Below, piece by piece: positions 1 to 8,997 of a stretch of 64,000 bases of DNA (position 1 is the first letter of the stretch; every line of letters begins with the position of its first letter). The notes beneath the pieces were generated by a model, which saw only the letters and a program-made list of their open reading frames with translations, did not search any database and was not told the DNA's origin. Source of the stretch: Candidatus Aceula meridiana (GTDB lineage Bacteria; Omnitrophota; Gorgyraeia; Zapsychrales; Aceulaceae). The translations under genes were made by a program, and so were the position numbers. Location of the stretch: the NCBI GenBank assembly GCA_030765185.1, contig JAVCDE010000003.1:38-64037 (forward strand). Reading direction: 5' to 3'.

Positions 1-2
1 AA

Positions 3-191
3 GACGGTGGTGATCCTGATTTGAAGAAATACCGTAAGAATTTTGGGCGTACGGATATAGAAATTAAGGATATGCGTTTACGCATTGAGGCTGAATTGTT
101 CGATGTTCTCGTACCCAACGAACGTAAAAATTTTGATTTAGATACAGCCCTTAAGCGGATTAACAAGGTTATGGAAGGCGTGAGCGGATAG
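3..191 (+). CDS. 3' end of an upstream CDS (last 62 aa ...KRINKVMEGVSG*), function unknown
   Basis: Frame 3 is open from the window edge to TAG at 189-191; no recognisable motif. Confidence 0.3.
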   Translation, partial: DGGDPDLKKYRKNFGRTDIEIKDMRLRIEAELFDVLVPNERKNFDLDTALKRINKVMEGVSG

Positions 192-328
192 CTCGTCGCA
201 TGTAGTATGTAGGATATAGTTTTTGGAGGGACCCTTCAGGATAAGTTTTAGCAAATAACCGCAAGTCTTTAAATCACCCCTTTAGGATTTCGGCTGATGG
301 CAAGAAAAGGGGTTAACAAAATTGTGCG

Positions 329-360
329 TACTCGGAAAAAGTATTGACTTTTTCCGAGTA
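329..360. promoter_or_regulatory. Perfect 14-bp inverted repeat (TACTCGGAAAAAGT-ATTG-ACTTTTTCCGAGTA) 18 nt upstream of the ATPase start; candidate operator or RNA hairpin
   Basis: Read directly in sequence; contains TTGACT; no U-tract follows. Confidence 0.5.
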
Positions 361-377
361 TAGATTAGACTTTAAGT

Positions 378-1607
378 ATGAAGAAAAGAACCCTTTATAA
401 AGAGATTTGGAGTGAATTGTCCAAGGACAAGCCCATGGTTATGTTGGCCGGGCCACGTCAGTCAGGTAAAACCACATTTGCTCGAGATATCGTCGCAAAG
501 GATTTTACCGACACTATTTATTTTAATTGGGATCTTTCTGCCGATAAAAGTCGGCTTATTGAAGATCCGACTTTCTTTTCCAAAGCGCCTCAAAGCAGCA
601 CTTCTTCCCGTCCCCTGGTTATTCTTGACGAGATTCATAAATATCGCGATTGGAAGAATTATCTTAAGGGGGTTTATGATCAGTTTGCGGGAGAGTATCT
701 GTTCTTTGTCACTGGGAGCGGGCGCTTGGAGTTTTCTCGCAAGGCGGGTGATTCGCTTGCCGGCCGCTTCCTTAAGTTCCATATTTTTCCTTTGACGCTT
801 GGCGAACTTTTTTCCCACCGTAGAACACTGCGAGATTTTATCGATGACCCCCTGGAAGGTTTTGACGATATTTCCGCTAAAGCAACAGGGGAGGCATTTC
901 GTTCGCTCTGGGAGTTCAGTGGATTCCCAGAGCCTTTCATAAAGGGAAAAAAAGCATTTTGGTCCAAGTGGTCTGCTTCTTATGGTCAGCAAATCGTTAG
1001 GGATGATTTAAGGACGGTCGCAGACATACGTAACCTTGACTTGATCGAAACTCTTTTCGCGCTCGTTCCTTCGCGGGTCGGAAGCCCTCTATCGATGAAT
1101 AATTTAGCCGGGGATCTTGGAGTTGCTTTTGATACCGTCAAAAACTGGTTATTGCTTTTTGATTCATTTTATCTTACTTTTCGCATCTCTCCATGGACAG
1201 CGAAAATATCAAGAAGCATCCTTAAGGAAAAAAAGATATATCTTTTTAATTTTCCAGTTATTGATAATGAAGGCAGCCGCTTTGAGAATTTAGTTGCTCT
1301 TGAGCTTCTAAGGGCGGTTGAGACTTGGAATGACCGCGGGCTTGGCCAGTTTACGTTACGCTATCTCAGAAATAAGGATAAGCAGGAAGTAGATTTTCTT
1401 TTAGTAGAAAATAATCGTCCATTCCTTCTTGTGGAGACAAAGGTCTCTGACGGAACGCCCACTTCGAGCTTATTGACCTTTCAGGATTTATTAAACATTC
1501 CCGCTGTTCAGCTTATCAAGAAAGATGGAGTGAAGAAATTTTTCAAAAATGGCAAGAATAATGTTTTAGTTGTGACAGCTCATCAGTGGCTCTCATCGTT
1601 ACCTTAA
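378..1607 (+). CDS. AAA+ superfamily ATPase (COG1373/DUF4143-type)
   Basis: N-terminal P-loop LAGPRQSGKTTF; overall architecture of ATPase plus C-terminal DUF4143-like region. Confidence 0.6.
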   Translation: MKKRTLYKEIWSELSKDKPMVMLAGPRQSGKTTFARDIVAKDFTDTIYFNWDLSADKSRLIEDPTFFSKAPQSSTSSRPLVILDEIHKYRDWKNYLKGVYDQFAGEYLFFVTGSGRLEFSRKAGDSLAGRFLKFHIFPLTLGELFSHRRTLRDFIDDPLEGFDDISAKATGEAFRSLWEFSGFPEPFIKGKKAFWSKWSASYGQQIVRDDLRTVADIRNLDLIETLFALVPSRVGSPLSMNNLAGDLGVAFDTVKNWLLLFDSFYLTFRISPWTAKISRSILKEKKIYLFNFPVIDNEGSRFENLVALELLRAVETWNDRGLGQFTLRYLRNKDKQEVDFLLVENNRPFLLVETKVSDGTPTSSLLTFQDLLNIPAVQLIKKDGVKKFFKNGKNNVLVVTAHQWLSSLP

Positions 1608-1734
1608 ACAATTTAGCCGTTCGCAGAAACGCCCAACCCTATGGCCCTGTTGAGCCGCGAGGCTGGGGGCTAGAAATAAGATTTATCATGACAAAAAATT
1701 TTTCCAATAGTTTTATCAAAATGAAAGTTAAGAG

Positions 1735-2298
1735 ATGGTAAAACGAATTTTTGATTTTATTTTAGCTCTGTTTTTAATTGTTTTTTTGAGCATTCCGCTT
1801 TTGGTTATTGCTTTATGGATCAAGCTAAGCTCTAAGGGTCCTGCAATATTCTGGACGGATCGCATTGGCATCGATAATACTATTTTTAAGATGACAAAAT
1901 TTAGGACCATGCAAATCAATACGCCACAAGTGGCGACCCATTTGATGAAAAATCCAAAAGATTATTTGATTCCTGGAGGGGATTTCTTGCGTAAATACAG
2001 CTTGGATGAGTTGCCGCAATTATTTAATGTCTTAAAGGGGGAGATGAGCTTTGTTGGGCCGCGGCCTGCATTGTTTAATCAGGATGATCTAAAGGCGCTG
2101 CGCACAGAAAAAGATATTCATGTTCTTGTCCCGGGCATTACGGGTTGGGCTCAGGTTAACGGGAGGGACGATCTTCCTATTCCGGTAAAGGTTTCTTTTG
2201 ACGAGTATTATTTAAAACATCGTTGTTTTTTATTTGACCTTCGTATTCTTTTTTTAACTGTTTTTGGAGTTCTAAAGAAAAAAGGCGTCCAGCACTGA
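1735..2298 (+). CDS. Small monotopic phosphoglycosyl transferase (bacterial sugar transferase, PglC/WbaP C-terminal family)
   Basis: N-terminal membrane helix then conserved KFRTM...DELPQL...GEMSFVGPRP sugar-transferase motifs. Confidence 0.8.
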   Translation: MVKRIFDFILALFLIVFLSIPLLVIALWIKLSSKGPAIFWTDRIGIDNTIFKMTKFRTMQINTPQVATHLMKNPKDYLIPGGDFLRKYSLDELPQLFNVLKGEMSFVGPRPALFNQDDLKALRTEKDIHVLVPGITGWAQVNGRDDLPIPVKVSFDEYYLKHRCFLFDLRILFLTVFGVLKKKGVQH

Positions 2299-2350
2299 GG
2301 GCAACGACAATGAGTTGCTTAAATTATTTCTTAACGTATAATATAATCTT

Positions 2351-4192
2351 ATGAATATTTATATTAAAGGTCTAGTTCTAAAGTTTCGTCGTTTCCTTAT
2401 CTTGGTTGTCCACTTAATTCTCGCAACCGCTGCGTATATTTTGGCTTATCATCTGCGCTTAGATTTTACGATTAATCACGCGTATTGGGAGATAATCTTT
2501 AAGACCTTGCCGTTTCTTCTTGGCATTAAAATGGTCCTATTCTTTTATCATGGCCTTTTTTCCGGCTTGTGGCGATACGCGAGCGTTGATGATGTTTGGA
2601 GGATCGCCAAGGCAAATATTTTATCAACGCTAGGCTTTCTTGCCGGATCTGCCTTGTTATTTCCTGCCATCAGAATTCCGCGGTCTGTGATTATTTTAGA
2701 TTGTATTTTGTGCTTTGGTTTGATGACAGGAATCCGTCTTGCTGTCCGATTGTTTCGAGAAAAATTTCGTCCTTTTTTTATGAAAAATAAGAAAAGAGTT
2801 CTTATCGTTGGGGCAGGAGAGGCCGGTGTTTTAGTTTTAAGAGAAGCCCGCAATAATCCTAAAGCTAATATTGAGATTGTTGGCTTTATCGATGATGATC
2901 ATCATAAAAGAAATCTTCGCGTCCAAGGAATTAGGATTTTAGGAACACGCCATGATATTGAGGCGTTAGTACAGAAGCATGGAATTGATGAAATTATTAT
3001 TGCGATACCTTCGGCGGTTGGAGGGGTTATCAGGGATATCGTTTCCTATTGTCAAATTTCTTCTGTCAAAATAAGAATTGTGCCTGGCTTGCAAAAGATT
3101 TTGAGCGGCGAAACAGAAGTGAAACCTCGAGACATAAGACCTGATGACCTTTTGGGCCGAGAGACTGTTCAGGTTAACGAAGAAGAGATCAGCGCGTATC
3201 TGACGGACAAAGTTGTTTTAGTGACTGGCGCAGGGGGGTCTATTGGGTCAGTTTTATGTAAGCAAATTGCAAGGTTTCATCCGAAAGAAATATTGTTATT
3301 TGATCATAATGAAAATGATGTTTATTTTTTAACCATTGATTTTCTAAAGAAATATCCGCATGTTAAGCTAACAACGATTATCGGAGACATTAAGGATGTC
3401 GGAGTTTTAAAGCATACGCTTTCTCGTTATAAGCCTCAGGTTGTTTTTCATGCCGCTGCGCATAAACATGTTCCCTTGCTTGAAGAAAATCCAGCATCTG
3501 CTGTTAAAAATAATGTTTTAGGAACCGGAAATTTAATTTATGCTTCGCATCATTATAAGGTGGAGAGGTTTATCTTAATTTCAACGGATAAGGCCGTTAA
3601 TCCATCGAGCGTGATGGGGCTTACAAAGCGTGTTGCCGAGATGCTTTTGCAGGCTAAAGCCAAAAAAAGCCAAACAAAGTTTATGGCTGTGCGTTTTGGT
3701 AATGTATTAGGATCAGCAGGGAGCATCGTGCCATTGTTTATGAAGCAGATTGAGGAAGGCGGGCCTGTTACGGTAACGCATCCAGAAGCACAGCGGTATT
3801 TCATGAGTGTTAACGAAGCGGTTTTGCTGGTTTTGCAGGCAAGCGTTATGGGCCAAGGTGGGGAGGTTTTTGTTTTAGACATGGGAGAGCAAATTAAAAT
3901 TGTTGATTTGGCGAGGGATCTTATTATTCTTTCTGGTTTTGTTCCGGAAAAAGATATCGAGATTTCTTTTGTTGGGCTTCGCCCAGGAGAAAAATTGAAA
4001 GAAGTATTATTTTTAAACAGGGAGCGAGATTCTGCAACGCAATACGATAAAATTTTTGTGGCGCCTCCGGATGAGTTTGATATTCGAAAATTAAAGCAAG
4101 AAATCCGTAAGCTTTTATTGTGCGCGCAGAATTATGATTATGCGAAGATTCGTGATTTGCTTAATGAGATTGTTTTGGACGTAAAAAAATAG
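2351..4192 (+). CDS. Membrane-anchored UDP-sugar 4,6-dehydratase (PglF/CapD/WbpM family polysaccharide biosynthesis protein)
   Basis: Four N-terminal TM helices; two Rossmann motifs (VLIVGAGEAG, VLVTGAGGSIGS); CapD-like C-terminus. Confidence 0.85.
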   Translation: MNIYIKGLVLKFRRFLILVVHLILATAAYILAYHLRLDFTINHAYWEIIFKTLPFLLGIKMVLFFYHGLFSGLWRYASVDDVWRIAKANILSTLGFLAGSALLFPAIRIPRSVIILDCILCFGLMTGIRLAVRLFREKFRPFFMKNKKRVLIVGAGEAGVLVLREARNNPKANIEIVGFIDDDHHKRNLRVQGIRILGTRHDIEALVQKHGIDEIIIAIPSAVGGVIRDIVSYCQISSVKIRIVPGLQKILSGETEVKPRDIRPDDLLGRETVQVNEEEISAYLTDKVVLVTGAGGSIGSVLCKQIARFHPKEILLFDHNENDVYFLTIDFLKKYPHVKLTTIIGDIKDVGVLKHTLSRYKPQVVFHAAAHKHVPLLEENPASAVKNNVLGTGNLIYASHHYKVERFILISTDKAVNPSSVMGLTKRVAEMLLQAKAKKSQTKFMAVRFGNVLGSAGSIVPLFMKQIEEGGPVTVTHPEAQRYFMSVNEAVLLVLQASVMGQGGEVFVLDMGEQIKIVDLARDLIILSGFVPEKDIEISFVGLRPGEKLKEVLFLNRERDSATQYDKIFVAPPDEFDIRKLKQEIRKLLLCAQNYDYAKIRDLLNEIVLDVKK

Positions 4193-4230
4193 TAGGGATA
4201 ACGAATGGTTTTTAAAAAAAAGGTTTTAAT

Positions 4231-5436
4231 TTGAATCGTCAAAAAATTATTACTGTATCAGAAAAAGTTATTGAATACGGATTCTATGGATTAATATTTT
4301 TTCTTCCTATATCCAAGGCTTTGATTGAATCCTGTGCAGGGTTTGTTTTTCTTGGGTTTGTTGTTAACAAGGCAATGACTAGGGATTTTACAAGGTTTAA
4401 GACAGATGCCAAGATTTTCTGGCTTTTGTTTGCGTTATTTGTTTTTAGCGCACTGTCATTAATTAATAGCGGTCCTTTTTTAGCAAAAGGGTTTAAGGCG
4501 TTATTTTTTAAATGGGGAGAGTATTTTTTTCTTTTTATGATTGCCGTCGATCATTTTAAAGATCGAAAATTGATAAAAAGATTTTTTTATGTTTTTGCTT
4601 TTATTGTTACGCTCGTTGGCCTTTCGGCTTTGTCTCAGAGGTTTTTAGGCATTGAGTTTTTTAGAGGCCGGCCCCTGATAGGGCTTGCCGTGACGGGACC
4701 TTTTAAAAACCCTAATGATTTAGGCGCCTATCTTATTTGTTGTTTTCCGGTCTTAATTTCTTTAGCATATTGGAATTGGAAGTGGAAAAGAAAGGTGACC
4801 GCTCCTGTTGTATTTTTTGCGTGCGTTATTTTGTTGGCATCGATTCTTCTGACTATTTCAAGGGGCGCATGGCTTGGGGTTACGATTGGATTTTTGATGA
4901 TGATTGCCTTTTGTTCGAAAAAAAGACTTCTTTCGTTAGTTTTTGGAATTTTTCTTTGTTTTGTATTTTCGATTCCCTTTTTTAGGAAAGAAATTATTTA
5001 TTCTTTTGGCCCTGCAGGGGATGGGAATAGGTATGTTATTTGGAACGGTGCCATTGACATGATCAGAGAAAATCCATTCTTGGGCAAGGGCCTTGGGACG
5101 TTTATGGATTATTTTGAGAAGTATGTTCCTAATATAGGTATTTTTTATGCACATAATTGTTATTTGCAGATGTGGGCAGAGAGTGGGATTTTTACTTTGC
5201 TTGCGTTTTTGTTTTTAGCAGGTTTTGTTGTTTTTCGTGGAGCTCGAATTGCTTTTAAGAATCGAGAGGATGACTTTGGAATTCTTTTAAGCGGCTTGAT
5301 TGCAGGGATTTCTGGATTTCTGATAGCTAGTTTTTTTGATACACACTTGTATTCGCTGAAGCTGAGTGTTTTATTTTGGGTTATGTTAGGGGTGACCGTT
5401 TCTATCGAGAGGGTTCTTTTAGAAAAGAAAGTTTAG
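4231..5436 (+). CDS. O-antigen ligase-like (Wzy_C domain) polytopic membrane protein
   Basis: Multi-TM protein; large loop region shared with the downstream paralog (FRGRPLIGLAVTGPFKNPNDLGAYL, ISRGAWLG, YAHNCYLQMWAESG); TTG start supported by N-terminus conserved with paralog. Confidence 0.65.
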   Translation: MNRQKIITVSEKVIEYGFYGLIFFLPISKALIESCAGFVFLGFVVNKAMTRDFTRFKTDAKIFWLLFALFVFSALSLINSGPFLAKGFKALFFKWGEYFFLFMIAVDHFKDRKLIKRFFYVFAFIVTLVGLSALSQRFLGIEFFRGRPLIGLAVTGPFKNPNDLGAYLICCFPVLISLAYWNWKWKRKVTAPVVFFACVILLASILLTISRGAWLGVTIGFLMMIAFCSKKRLLSLVFGIFLCFVFSIPFFRKEIIYSFGPAGDGNRYVIWNGAIDMIRENPFLGKGLGTFMDYFEKYVPNIGIFYAHNCYLQMWAESGIFTLLAFLFLAGFVVFRGARIAFKNREDDFGILLSGLIAGISGFLIASFFDTHLYSLKLSVLFWVMLGVTVSIERVLLEKKV

Positions 5437-5438
5437 AG

Positions 5439-6728
5439 ATGAGCAGAGAAAAGATTATAAAAATAGCAGATAAAATAATTGAATATTCTATATATAGTCT
5501 CGTTTTTTTTATTCCTATTTCAATAGCTGGTGTTGGAATTTCTTGTGTTTTTGCTACGATTGCCTTTTTTGTAAAAAAGTCTTTGCATCCTGATTTTTCT
5601 TTTATTAAGGATAATAAGTTTGCTTATGTTTTTCTTTCTTTATTTATTATGTTCATGGCTTTATCACTTATTAACAGCGGCCCTTATCTTAGCAAAAGTT
5701 TAAGAGCTTTAGGTGGGAAATGGATACAGTATCTTTTTATTTTTATCATTGTTGCAGATACTTTTAGAACGCCAAAGCGGATTAAAAATGTAATTATCTT
5801 GGCACTAGGCATGCTAGGATGGGTTACTTTATCCGCATGGTGTCAGAAGTTTTTAGGGTTTGAATTTTTTAGGGGCAGGTCTTTAGTTGGGTTTGCTGTA
5901 ACAGGGCCTTTTAAGAATCCCAATGATTTTGGGGCGTATCTTGTTTTTTATTTGCTTTTAATTTTAAACGTAAATACTATTAATTTTAGAAATAAAATTT
6001 ATCGTTTTTTTGCTCTTTTAATTTTATTTTTATCTGGAGGCGCACTTTTACTGGCACTTTCTCGGGGAGCATGGCTTGGATTCTTGCTAGGAGGGTTTTT
6101 GTTAGTTGCGATAACGAAGAAATATAAATATATTTTGTCATTCTTAAGTCTTTTTTTTATTAGCGTAGCTTTTTTATCAACAGCAAGGGTGAGGCTAGAG
6201 AAGACTTTTTCTCTTGTTTGGAATGCAGTAAGTGCCCAGGCTGGAGGTAGCGCTACAGGTATTTCAGCTGGAGGTGGCGCTGAAGGTAGTGTCATAGGAG
6301 ATCCCATAAGATTTACTATATGGCAAGGGGCAATAGACATGATTAGAGAGAATCCCTTTTTGGGTAAGGGGCTTGGCACGTTTATGAGTTATTTTGAACA
6401 ATATTCTCATATCCCTAAAGGCGGTGTTTATTATGCACATAATTGTTATCTTCAGATGGCGGCAGAGAGCGGGATTTTTTCATTTATTTTCTTTCTTTGT
6501 TTTGTTGGGTTTATTTTATATCGTGCTGCACGTCTTTCATTTGTCAATCGACAAAAAAGCTTTGGACTTATTTTAGGTGGTTTAACAGCTGGCCTTTTTG
6601 GATTCTTGGTGCACAGTACTTTTGATACGCAGCTTTATTCAGTACAGCCTAAGGCGCTTTTTTGGGTGATGCTTGGGCTGACACAAGCAACGTACAGTGT
6701 TTTGCTTTGTGATCAAAAGAAGCTCTAA
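5439..6728 (+). CDS. O-antigen ligase-like (Wzy_C domain) membrane protein, tandem paralog with Gly/Ala/Ser-rich loop insert
   Basis: Same motifs as upstream paralog; ATG start at 5439 gives the conserved N-terminus (MSREKIIKIADKIIEY...); the ORF-track start 5376 overlaps the upstream gene. Confidence 0.65.
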   Translation: MSREKIIKIADKIIEYSIYSLVFFIPISIAGVGISCVFATIAFFVKKSLHPDFSFIKDNKFAYVFLSLFIMFMALSLINSGPYLSKSLRALGGKWIQYLFIFIIVADTFRTPKRIKNVIILALGMLGWVTLSAWCQKFLGFEFFRGRSLVGFAVTGPFKNPNDFGAYLVFYLLLILNVNTINFRNKIYRFFALLILFLSGGALLLALSRGAWLGFLLGGFLLVAITKKYKYILSFLSLFFISVAFLSTARVRLEKTFSLVWNAVSAQAGGSATGISAGGGAEGSVIGDPIRFTIWQGAIDMIRENPFLGKGLGTFMSYFEQYSHIPKGGVYYAHNCYLQMAAESGIFSFIFFLCFVGFILYRAARLSFVNRQKSFGLILGGLTAGLFGFLVHSTFDTQLYSVQPKALFWVMLGLTQATYSVLLCDQKKL

Positions 6729-6836
6729 GGGACTCCAAAGAGAAAAGATAGACCAACCTTCGCGCTTAAGGAGAATTTATTTTATTGTTTAGAAAGACTT
6801 GGTTTTAGTTGTGAGATTTTATTAATAGGAGAAAAA

Positions 6837-7178
6837 ATGAAAATATTAGACACAGCGATTACAGTTAACGAACTTAAACAGCTGGCACAAAATACTTTTG
6901 GCAATTTAATTAAAGCTGTTGTTGATATTGACCGCGGATTAGTTGCTGTTGATGCAGAGCTGCATTCTGATTTAGAGGCCTTGCTTCTAGAGCAGGGATC
7001 AGAGCAAAACAGCCTTTGGGGTATTAATTTTTATCCTGAGGTTGAAGGCGATGACTTCTTGGAATTTGATTCTATGATAAATATGCGGCCATCTCAAGGA
7101 AATAAAAGCCGAGGTGTTGATTCTGCAGAAATTCGTGGAAAAATTATTGAAATTGTTAATAAATGGATAAAACGATAA
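6837..7178 (+). CDS. Hypothetical protein (113 aa)
   Basis: ORF with RBS-like AGGAG upstream; overlaps next ORF by 16 nt. Confidence 0.4.
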   Translation: MKILDTAITVNELKQLAQNTFGNLIKAVVDIDRGLVAVDAELHSDLEALLLEQGSEQNSLWGINFYPEVEGDDFLEFDSMINMRPSQGNKSRGVDSAEIRGKIIEIVNKWIKR

Positions 7179-7507
7179 AAATGCAACACAAAGAACTTGC
7201 CAGGGGGCGCTGGGTTAAGATGTCTTTTTGTGAGCAAATGGCCAATGTTGGCAGCGAAGTTAGCCGCGCGCTCAATTGGCGAAAAAAGGAAAAAGACAGT
7301 CTTTCTAAAGAAGCAGTTAATCGGGCGTTGGAATTGCTTGATCTTACTATTGCGTCAGTGCAGAAATATTCTCGCCTGAAAGAGCTTTTTAGGGCAAGAG
7401 AAGCCCTTGTTGATTTTTTCTACGGGGTAAATGAATTTTCATCATCGGAAACTTTGTGGCGCAAGTATTTTGATTGTTTTAATTATGCGGCAAGAAAACA
7501 TTGTTAG
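7163..7507 (+). CDS. Hypothetical protein (114 aa), weak resemblance to a degenerate MazG-like all-alpha fold
   Basis: Translationally coupled to the upstream ORF; no confident motif. Confidence 0.35.
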   Translation: MDKTIKMQHKELARGRWVKMSFCEQMANVGSEVSRALNWRKKEKDSLSKEAVNRALELLDLTIASVQKYSRLKELFRAREALVDFFYGVNEFSSSETLWRKYFDCFNYAARKHC

Positions 7508-7590
7508 GGCTCTACCTTTAAGCGAAGATTTACACGATTAGCAAGAAAGAAGTATTGCTGTTTTGTATTGCTGTTTTGCTGGCGACTTCA

Positions 7591-7618
7591 TTGACAAATC
7601 GTTCAGAATATATATAAT
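7591..7618 (+). promoter_or_regulatory. Sigma70-type promoter for the pgk-tpiA-secG operon (TTGACA-N16-TATAAT)
   Basis: Consensus hexamers read in sequence about 75 nt upstream of the pgk ATG; preceded by a 2x13-bp tandem repeat. Confidence 0.55.
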
Positions 7619-7694
7619 AAGGCTGATTTTCCGCTTTTATTAAGGCACTATCCGTTTGGAAATTAAAGAGTTAGACGAAAAGGAGTTTTTTAAA

Positions 7695-8882
7695 ATGAAC
7701 AAAATGACGGTTAAAGATCTAGATGTTAAAGACAAGAAAGTTATTATTCGCGCTGATTTTAATGTTCCTCTAGATAAGGAGCTTAATATCACAGACGACA
7801 GGAGAATTCAGGCATCATTGCCTACCATAAAATATGTTTTAGAAAATGGCGCTTCTAAGGTTATTTTAATGAGTCATTTAGGCCGTCCTAAGGGCGAAGG
7901 CCCTGAAGATGCCTTTCGGCTTAATCCTGTGGCCAAGCGTCTCGAGGAGCTGTTAGGCCAAAAGGTTTTAAAGCTTGATGATTGCGTTGGCGATGAAGTT
8001 AAAGCAGCAGTTGATGGCGCCACAGAAAAGATTATTCTTTTAGAAAATTTAAGATTCCATAAACAAGAAAAGAAAAATGATCCTGAATTTGCTAAACAAT
8101 TAGCCTCTTTGGCGGATGTTTATGTCAACGATGCTTTTGGAACAGCGCACAGGGCACACGCCTCAGTAGCCGGCATTACAGAATATTTACCGTCGGCGGC
8201 AGGATTTCTTTTAGAGAAAGAGATTAAATATTTTGGTCAAGTTATTGAGAATCCACAAAAGCCTTTCGTTGTTATTCTCGGCGGAGCCAAGGTTTCGGAT
8301 AAAATTCCTTTAGTTGAAAGTCTTATTAAAAAAGCTGATAGTATTTTGATCGGCGGAGGGATGGCATATACATTTTTAAAGGCATTGGGCAAGAATATTG
8401 GAAATTCAAAGCTTGAAGCGGATAAAATTGATACGGCGAAAGACCTTTTAGAAAAAGCAAAAGAGGCTGGCGTTCAAATACTACTTTCAGAAGATTACGT
8501 TATCGTTGAAGATTTTGATAAGCCGGAAACAAAGAGGATTGTCGACGATATTCCTGACGGATGGGATAGCCTAGATATCGGTCCTAAGACGCGCGAAAGT
8601 TTTAAAAAAGTGCTAGCTACCGCTAAAACTGTTGTGTGGAATGGGCCTGTAGGAGTTTTTGAAATTGATGCTTATGCCGACGGAACAAAAGATATTGCTG
8701 AGTATCTCGCTACGTTAAAAGATGTCACGATTATCGTTGGCGGCGGAGATTCTGCGGCGGCTGTGGCTAAATTTGGCGTTGAAGATAAAATGACACACAT
8801 CTCGACCGGGGGAGGAGCTTCGCTAGAGTTTTTAGAAGGCAAAGAGCTTCCTGGGATTGCGGCGTTACAGGATAAAAAATAA
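7695..8882 (+). CDS. pgk: Phosphoglycerate kinase
   Basis: Full-length PGK homology (ADFNVPLD..., hinge and C-terminal nucleotide-binding motifs); ATG at 7695 with AAGGAG RBS 9 nt upstream; the ORF-track TTG at 7656 is probably an over-extension. Confidence 0.95.
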   Translation: MNKMTVKDLDVKDKKVIIRADFNVPLDKELNITDDRRIQASLPTIKYVLENGASKVILMSHLGRPKGEGPEDAFRLNPVAKRLEELLGQKVLKLDDCVGDEVKAAVDGATEKIILLENLRFHKQEKKNDPEFAKQLASLADVYVNDAFGTAHRAHASVAGITEYLPSAAGFLLEKEIKYFGQVIENPQKPFVVILGGAKVSDKIPLVESLIKKADSILIGGGMAYTFLKALGKNIGNSKLEADKIDTAKDLLEKAKEAGVQILLSEDYVIVEDFDKPETKRIVDDIPDGWDSLDIGPKTRESFKKVLATAKTVVWNGPVGVFEIDAYADGTKDIAEYLATLKDVTIIVGGGDSAAAVAKFGVEDKMTHISTGGGASLEFLEGKELPGIAALQDKK

Positions 8883-8997
8883 ATCAAGGAAGTCCCTATT
8901 CGGCTGCTGGGACGCAGCCTCACGGGATAAATTCGCGCGGCTGACTTGACGTTGCTTACGCTCCGTAAGTCAGGCGCTCATTTAAGAGGAGATATTC

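Noticed and set aside
462-992. Minus-strand ORFs (176 aa and 95 aa) inside the DUF4143 ATPase gene
   Set aside because: They are fully antisense-overlapped by a well-supported P-loop ATPase CDS. They are Arg/Ser-rich low-complexity translations typical of spurious frames.
5376-5438. Upstream alternative start of the second Wzy_C paralog overlapping the first paralog by 61 nt
   Set aside because: The N-terminal region conserved with the paralog begins at the ATG at 5439, right after the upstream stop codon.
7656-7694. TTG-initiated 13-codon N-terminal extension of pgk in the ORF track
   Set aside because: PGK homology begins at the ATG at 7695, which has a canonical AAGGAG RBS 9 nt upstream. 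The TTG lies inside the predicted 5' UTR.
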